NCBI GenBank assembly: GCA_902806325.1
Contig: CADCWE010000087.1
Coordinates: 17,660-81,659, forward strand
Direction of reading: 5' to 3'
DNA length: 64,000 nt
Origin: an uncultured Thermomicrobiales bacterium
Lineage (GTDB): Bacteria; Chloroflexota; Chloroflexia; Thermomicrobiales; UBA6265
Made by a program: the position numbers and the translations under genes. The number at the start of each line of letters is the position of its first letter. The first letter of the stretch is position 1. Below, in pieces: positions 59,353 through 64,000 of the stretch. Below the pieces are notes generated by a model that worked only from the letters and a program-made list of their open reading frames with translations, had not been told where the DNA came from and made no database searches.

Positions 59353-59868
59353 ATGAGACGATTGTTCGCCCGGAGACCGCGCTTGGCCGCTCGACCCGCG
59401 CCGCCGCACCACCTCGATCCGAGGGCGAAGACCCTCTGGCGCTTGAACGCGCTGATGGAGTTCGCGGTGCTGCTGGCATTCGCCGCGGTCGCCGCCTGGG
59501 GCATGTACCGGCTCGACCTCGGCTGGGGGTGGTCGGTGATCCCGGTGGCGGGCGCGCTCCTGATCGGAACGATCACGGTCGGGCCGGTGCCGGGGTTGCG
59601 CTGGAGCCGGTGGCGGTACGAGATCGGCGAGCAGGAGGTGGACCTCCAGCACGGGTTGCTGACCGTGACCCGGACCTTGATCCCGATGACTCGGATCCAG
59701 CACGTCGACACCCGCCGCAGCCCGCTCCAGCGCCGCTACGGCCTGTCCAGCGTGATCCTCTACACCGCGGCCGGCGCGATCGAGGTCCCCGCCCTCGCCG
59801 ACGACATCGCCGGCTCCGTCCGCGACCGGATCGCGGAGCTGGCGAACACGCGGGACGACTTGCTGTGA
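59353..59868 (+). CDS. bacterial PH-domain (bPH_2, YdbS-like) membrane protein
   Basis: ATG at 59353 is codon 87 of the listed ORF. There are two TM helices, then RYEIGEQEVDLQHGLLTVTRTLIPMTRIQHVDTRRSPLQRRYGLSSVILYTA. Confidence 0.75.
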   Translation: MRRLFARRPRLAARPAPPHHLDPRAKTLWRLNALMEFAVLLAFAAVAAWGMYRLDLGWGWSVIPVAGALLIGTITVGPVPGLRWSRWRYEIGEQEVDLQHGLLTVTRTLIPMTRIQHVDTRRSPLQRRYGLSSVILYTAAGAIEVPALADDIAGSVRDRIAELANTRDDLL

Positions 59869-61556
59869 CGGGAGACGAGGAGAGGCCTGAGGACTCGGGA
59901 CTGCAAACTGAGTCGCTGGAGTCGTTTCCGTCTCAGTCCGCGGTCCGCAGTCCTCAGTCCTCTCCGTTCTTGTCCCCGGACCTCGCATCGCGTCGACTCC
60001 ACCCGGCCTGGATCGCGATCGGGCTGGTGCGGTCGCTGCGGGCGTTCGCGCTGCCGCTGCTGATCTTCGTCGTCACCGGGCGGCAGAATTGGGACGCGGG
60101 GGTGCTGCTGATCGGCGCCGGGATCGGGCTGGTTGGGGTGGCGGCGCGGACGGCGTCGTGGTGGGTCTTTCGGTACGAAGTCGCCGGGGGGGAGTTGCGG
60201 GTCCGCTCCGGTCTGATCGCGCGGCAGGAGCGGACCGTGCCGCTGGAGCGGGTGCAGACGGTTGACACCGGCGAAAGCCCCCTGCAACGGGTGCTTGGGG
60301 TGGTCCAGGTCCGGATCGAGACGGCGGCCGGCGGAGGTCGCGGCAGCGACGTGACGCTGGAAGCGTTGACTCGAGACGACGCGGCGGCGCTGCGGCAGCG
60401 CCTGGCGGTGGGGCCGGCTGGTCGTTCCCCCGGCGGGTTGGAGGCGACGGTCCAAGGGGCGAACGAGAGGTCCGCTACAGACGCCGCCGTCCGTCCGCTG
60501 CCGGAGACCCAGGGCGAGTTGATCCGGGCGATCACGCCCGGCGCGCTCTTCGTCGCGGGGGCGACCTCCGGCCGTATCGGCCCGGCGATGGCGATTCTGT
60601 TCGGGGCCTACCAGTTCGTCGACGACCTGGTGCCGGAGTCGATCCTGGAGCGGTTGGCGATGTCGGCGCCGGGGTTCGGGCTGCGGGTGGTGCTGGTGGT
60701 GGCCGGGATCGTCGGGGTCGGATCGTGGTTGTTGGCGGTGGTCAGCACCGTCCTCACCTTTGGTGGGTTCGCGCTGCGGCGGGAGGGGGACCGGCTCCTG
60801 ATCGCCTCCGGGCTGCTCGACCGCCGTCGGAGCACGATCCCGATCTCCCGGATCCAGGCGATCACGATCTCCGAGGGGATGCTGCGCCAGCCGTTTGGCC
60901 TGGCCGCGCTGCGGATCGAGAGCGCGGGCTATGCCACCGACAGCGCCGAGAGCGGGGTGCTGTTCCCGCTGCTGCGGCGGAGCGAGATCCCGGCCCTGCT
61001 GGCCGCGGCCTGCCCGGATTTTGCGGCCGATGCGGCGGTGGACGGCGCGGGGTTGAACCGGCTGCCGGTGCGCGCCCGGCGCCGCTATCTGCTGGCCGAC
61101 GTCTGGCAACTGCTGATCCTGGCGGTGGTCGCGGTCGCGGTCCTGGTCCGGACCGGCTGGCTCGACTGGCGCTGGGGGCTGCTGCCGCTGGCACTGGCAC
61201 CGCTGGCGGCGATGTACGGCTGGGTCGCGTTCCGCGACGCCGGGTGGATCGTCGACCCGGCGGAGCGCTTGATCGTCCGCACGCGGCAGGTGGCGCGCCA
61301 GACCGCGATCCTGCCCCGCCGCCGCCTGCAGCGGCGCGACGTGTCCCAGAACCCGCTCCAACGGCGGGCCGCACTGGCCACGTTGCGGGTGGCCGTCGCT
61401 TCCGGCGGCTCCGGCGGCCGGGTCGAACTGGCCCACCTCGACGAGGAGGTGGCGGGCCGCTTGCAGGCGGGGCTTGGACCTCGTCGGGCGGTGCCGGCAC
61501 GAGATCAATCTCGGAGCGCGGTATCCCCAGCGACATCTGCCGCCGGTGGGCCGTAA
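59865..61556 (+). CDS. YdbT-like membrane protein with three bPH_2 domains
   Basis: GTG at 59865 overlaps the previous stop as GTGA. The bPH_2 signature is repeated three times: RVQTVDTGESPLQRVLGVVQVRIETA, RIQAITISEGMLRQPFGLAALRIESA, and RLQRRDVSQNPLQRRAALATLRVAVA. Confidence 0.75.
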   Translation: MTGDEERPEDSGLQTESLESFPSQSAVRSPQSSPFLSPDLASRRLHPAWIAIGLVRSLRAFALPLLIFVVTGRQNWDAGVLLIGAGIGLVGVAARTASWWVFRYEVAGGELRVRSGLIARQERTVPLERVQTVDTGESPLQRVLGVVQVRIETAAGGGRGSDVTLEALTRDDAAALRQRLAVGPAGRSPGGLEATVQGANERSATDAAVRPLPETQGELIRAITPGALFVAGATSGRIGPAMAILFGAYQFVDDLVPESILERLAMSAPGFGLRVVLVVAGIVGVGSWLLAVVSTVLTFGGFALRREGDRLLIASGLLDRRRSTIPISRIQAITISEGMLRQPFGLAALRIESAGYATDSAESGVLFPLLRRSEIPALLAAACPDFAADAAVDGAGLNRLPVRARRRYLLADVWQLLILAVVAVAVLVRTGWLDWRWGLLPLALAPLAAMYGWVAFRDAGWIVDPAERLIVRTRQVARQTAILPRRRLQRRDVSQNPLQRRAALATLRVAVASGGSGGRVELAHLDEEVAGRLQAGLGPRRAVPARDQSRSAVSPATSAAGGP

Positions 61557-62157
61557 GCCGTCGGGTTGAACCGGGATACGCGTGACACGCCCGGATTGGG
61601 CCGCCGTCACGACCGCCCCTTCCCGCCCCACAATTTAATCCTCTAACGTTCAGCGTCTGCCCAGCCCAAACCGCTCGCGACCTGTTTCGAGGGAGTGTCG
61701 TCCGGCGTTATTGGCCGGACCATCACCCTTAGCAAAAGCTCGCGTCGGCGACGATCACCACTCGGTGTCCGATTGGCGGAACCGCTCGAATTCGGCAACC
61801 ATGGCCGCTTCGTTCTCCTGGTCGCCTTCGGCCGAGGTGCCCGGGCGGGGTTCGACCGGGCCGATCACCGTGTCGAGGCTTGGCGAACCCCAGCCGATTG
61901 CGGACCTCTGAATGATGAGCGCCTATCAGCGTGATGACGGCGCGGGCTTTCCCGTCGCTCACCCAGCCCGCACCAATCGGCCACCGTTTTGTGACAGATC
62001 GGACGAAGTTCCTTCGTACCTTCCCCCTAGAGTAGACACCAGAGACGAACGAGCCGCCGGACGAACCGAACGGCCCCGGGTCTCCCCAAACGGCGCGGCT
62101 CCACCGGGAACCGCGACGGCCGCGAGCAGAACCTCCCGCGGAGAAAGGCGCACCGCC

Positions 62158-62367
62158 ATGACCGGCAACGTCCCGTTCCTGATCGAAGCCCAGGCCACGG
62201 CGCGCCGCGAGGCGATGCTCGCCGAAGCCGCCCGGATGCGCGTCCTCAACCGGACCGCAGCCCGCGTCCCCGGCGCCGTCCGCCGCTACGTCGGCGCGGT
62301 CCTGGTCGCCGCCGGCGAACGGGTTCACGGCCCGAGCGCCCCGCCGACCCTCCAGCCCGCCTGCTAG
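62158..62367 (+). CDS. hypothetical small protein (69 aa)
   Basis: ATG at 62158 follows GGAGAAAGG. The sequence is MTGNVPFLIEAQATARREAMLAEAARMRVLNR... with a hydrophobic C-terminal segment. Family unknown. Confidence 0.45.
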   Translation: MTGNVPFLIEAQATARREAMLAEAARMRVLNRTAARVPGAVRRYVGAVLVAAGERVHGPSAPPTLQPAC

Positions 62368-62530
62368 GACCCCTTCTGCCCTGGCCCACTCCCCGGCGCC
62401 GACCCGCCAGCCACGGATCGGTGCCGTCTCGGTTTCCCCCTCCCCCCTTCCCCCTTCGGGTGCCGGCCGCGCCGCCTTCAGCCAGGTTGGCGCGGCCGCC
62501 CCGAATCCCTCCCCGACCACAACCCAAGGC

Positions 62531-62568
62531 CCAGCGGGCGACCGGGGTTCTACCCGGTCGCCCGCTGG
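62531..62568. terminator. very stable 16-bp perfect hairpin (terminator- or attenuator-like)
   Basis: CCAGCGGGCGACCGGG (62531-62546) pairs with CCCGGTCGCCCGCTGG (62553-62568) around a 6-nt loop. There is no clear U-tract. A second 9-bp hairpin pairs GGCCGCGCC (62465-62473) with GGCGCGGCC (62489-62497). Confidence 0.4.
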
Positions 62569-62672
62569 CGCGTTGTGACGGAGACGCGAAGACGGGTCGT
62601 CGAGAGGTCGGAAAGGTGGGTAGAAGTGGAGTTTCCGCGTCGTGCTGGCGACTGGCGACTGGCGGCTCCATA

Positions 62673-62720
62673 CTTCCCGTCCACCCGTCTTCCCGCCTTC
62701 CCGCCTTCCCGCCTTCCCGT
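62673..62720. repeat. 8-bp tandem repeat CTTCCCGY x6 (four near-perfect core copies at 62689-62720)
   Basis: The units are CTTCCCGT CCACCCGT CTTCCCGC CTTCCCGC CTTCCCGC CTTCCCGT. The array ends 8 nt before the RBS GGAGG (62728-62732) of the response regulator. A 7-bp repeat (CTGGCGA x2-3) lies at 62645-62667. Confidence 0.85.
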
Positions 62721-62738
62721 CTCCGTCGGAGGCGCCCA

Positions 62739-63476
62739 ATGGCCCGCATCGTGGTCGTCGAGGACGAGCCGGAATTGGCGTAGCTGGTGGCGCGGACGCT
62801 GCGCGACGCGGGGCACCTCGTCGAGATCTTCGACGACGGGGAAGCGGCGCTGCGGCGCCTGCTCGGCGTGGCGCTGCCCGATCCGGACCTGATCGTGCTC
62901 GACCTGATGCTGCCGAAGGTGGATGGCCTCGAGATCTGCCGCCGCGTCCGCCAAACCAAGATCACCCCGATCCTGATGCTGACCGCCAAGGCGACCGAAC
63001 TGGACAAAGTCCTCGGTCTCGGCCTTGGCGCCGACGACTACCTGACCAAACCGGTCGCCGTGCGTGAGCTCCAGGCCCGCGTCGGGGCTATCCTGCGCCG
63101 GGTCGAGATGATGCGCGTCGCTTCCCGCACGGCCACCGACGACTCGCCCCGCGCCGTCGTCCACGACCGGCTCGCGGTCGATCCGATCGGTCGGAGCACC
63201 ACCTCCGACGGACGCGACGTGACCCTGACCGCCAAAGAGTTCGACCTCCTCTATCTGCTGGTCGCCAACCCGGGGCGGGTCTTTAGCCGAGACTACCTGC
63301 TCGAGCGCCTCTGGGACGACGACTACGGCGGGTTCGACCGCACCGTCGACACCCACATCCTGCGCCTGCGGCGCAAACTGGGCGGCCCTGGCTCGGTCGC
63401 CGACCGGATCGTCACCCTCTGGGGGGTTGGTTACAAGTACGTGCTACCATCGCCGGGTGGCGAGGACGCCCGATGA
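62739..63476 (+). pseudogene. OmpR/PhoB-family response regulator with an in-frame TAG at codon 15
   Basis: ATG at 62739 follows GGAGG. The reading is MARIVVVEDEPELA, TAG (62781-62783), LVARTLRDAGH. Listed ORFs 62421..62783 and 62787..63476 share one frame. The rest of the receiver domain is intact (phospho-Asp in LIVLDLMLP, MLTA, DYLTKP). The winged-helix output is intact (LTAKEFDLLYLLV, VDTHILRLRRKL, VGYKY). The stop overlaps the kinase start as ATGA. Confidence 0.75.
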
Positions 63477-64000
63477 CCCGCCTCGGTTCTGCCGTCCGCG
63501 CCTGCTGCGGCGCGCCGTTCAACCTCCTGCGGCGGCGGATCGGCGCCCAATTGGTCGCCGCCCACGTCCTGGTCGTGCTGCTGACGATCGTGGTCATCCA
63601 GGCGGCGGGCATTTTGTCCCTGCTCGGCTGGCTGCCGGACGTGATCCTCGGCGGCGAAAACGCGGTCACCGACTACTCGCTCGGCGAGAAGGCGCGTTCC
63701 CTCTCCTACCGGCTGCAAGTCGACGTGGTCGCCAATCGGCTCCGATCCGGCCCGACCGCGGTCGAGCGGGCGGCGTTGACCGGATTGATGCAGCGGGTCA
63801 CCGCGACCGACCCGAACCAACCGGACGCCCTCAACCGCGTCGATAAGGCCCTTCTGACGGACCACCAGGGCACCATCATCGCCGCCTCCGACGACGACTG
63901 GGCCGTCCCGGGTCGCCGGATCGAGTCGGTGGACTTCGCCCCGGTGGCGATGGTGACGCGGCGGGCGATCGCCCGCGGTGGGAAGCGGGACGACCTCGGC
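63473..64000 (+). CDS. sensor histidine kinase (N-terminal sensor part only; 3' end outside window)
   Basis: Frame 2 is open from the ATG at 63473 to the window edge; it is absent from the ORF track because no stop is reached. My translation is MTRLGSAVRACCGAPFNLLRRRIGAQLVAAHVLVVLLTIVVIQAAGILSLLGW... A TM helix is followed by a periplasmic-type region. ATGA-coupled to the response regulator. Confidence 0.65.
   Translation, partial: MTRLGSAVRACCGAPFNLLRRRIGAQLVAAHVLVVLLTIVVIQAAGILSLLGWLPDVILGGENAVTDYSLGEKARSLSYRLQVDVVANRLRSGPTAVERAALTGLMQRVTATDPNQPDALNRVDKALLTDHQGTIIAASDDDWAVPGRRIESVDFAPVAMVTRRAIARGGKRDDLG

Noticed and set aside
57975-59864. N-terminal 630 codons of the listed 1193-aa plus-strand ORF
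   Set aside because: It runs antisense through the TlpA-like and membrane-protein genes and in a different frame through ydbS. Only the part from the GTG at 59865 matches YdbT-like proteins.
61847-61860. tRNA-like T-loop sequence GGGGTTCGACCGGG
   Set aside because: There is no complementary T-stem, acceptor stem or anticodon arm around it. No tRNA cloverleaf was seen in any intergenic region of the window.
61729-62739. 336-aa minus-strand ORF, and short minus-strand reading ...VIGPVEPRPGTSAEGDQENEAAMVAEFERFRQSDTEW (about 61770-61880)
   Set aside because: The long ORF has Arg/Gly-rich junk composition and spans the hairpin and repeat region. The short reading is under 60 codons, has no clear start or RBS, and matches no recognisable family.

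Overview
Very GC-rich bacterial chromosomal segment. Third codon positions are almost always G/C, so long spurious antisense and off-frame ORFs are everywhere. Gene content (rny-ymdB-spoVS, yacL-ispD-ispF-dtd, Thr/Pro-rich linkers, a PknB-type kinase, a GlmL-like remnant) suggests a Chloroflexota/Thermomicrobia-like lineage; this is inference only. I can support about 58 protein-coding genes, mostly housekeeping or metabolic. They include a BNR-repeat protein, a multidomain cell-wall amidase, a MarR-MFS efflux pair, a large STAND/LuxR regulator, a glycine-betaine uptake/demethylation island and a DUF1445-LivJHMGF operon with a divergent aminotransferase. Also present are an orphan GAF/PAS histidine kinase, a TPR / Ser-Thr kinase / anchored secreted protein cluster, an RNase Y operon, isoprenoid genes, ugd plus a UDP-glucuronate decarboxylase, an HDAC-like enzyme, DedA, a TlpA-like thioredoxin, ydbS/ydbT-like PH-domain proteins and a two-component system at the 3' edge. 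I saw no rRNA, tRNA, CRISPR array, transposase, integrase or recognisable defence system. The most unusual observations are these. (1) Three conserved genes are each interrupted by one in-frame TAG with no frameshift. (2) A 146-bp intergenic element is bounded by perfect 24-bp inverted repeats. (3) A perfect 30-bp palindrome followed by G5 tracts lies in a divergent promoter region. (4) An 8-bp tandem repeat, (C3N5)6, sits directly upstream of the response-regulator RBS. (5) spoVS may carry a 120-codon N-terminal extension, coupled by ATGA overlap to ymdB. (6) A kinase operon encodes extracellular domains I cannot place. Start codons were chosen by RBS, overlap and family N-termini and are less certain than the stops.
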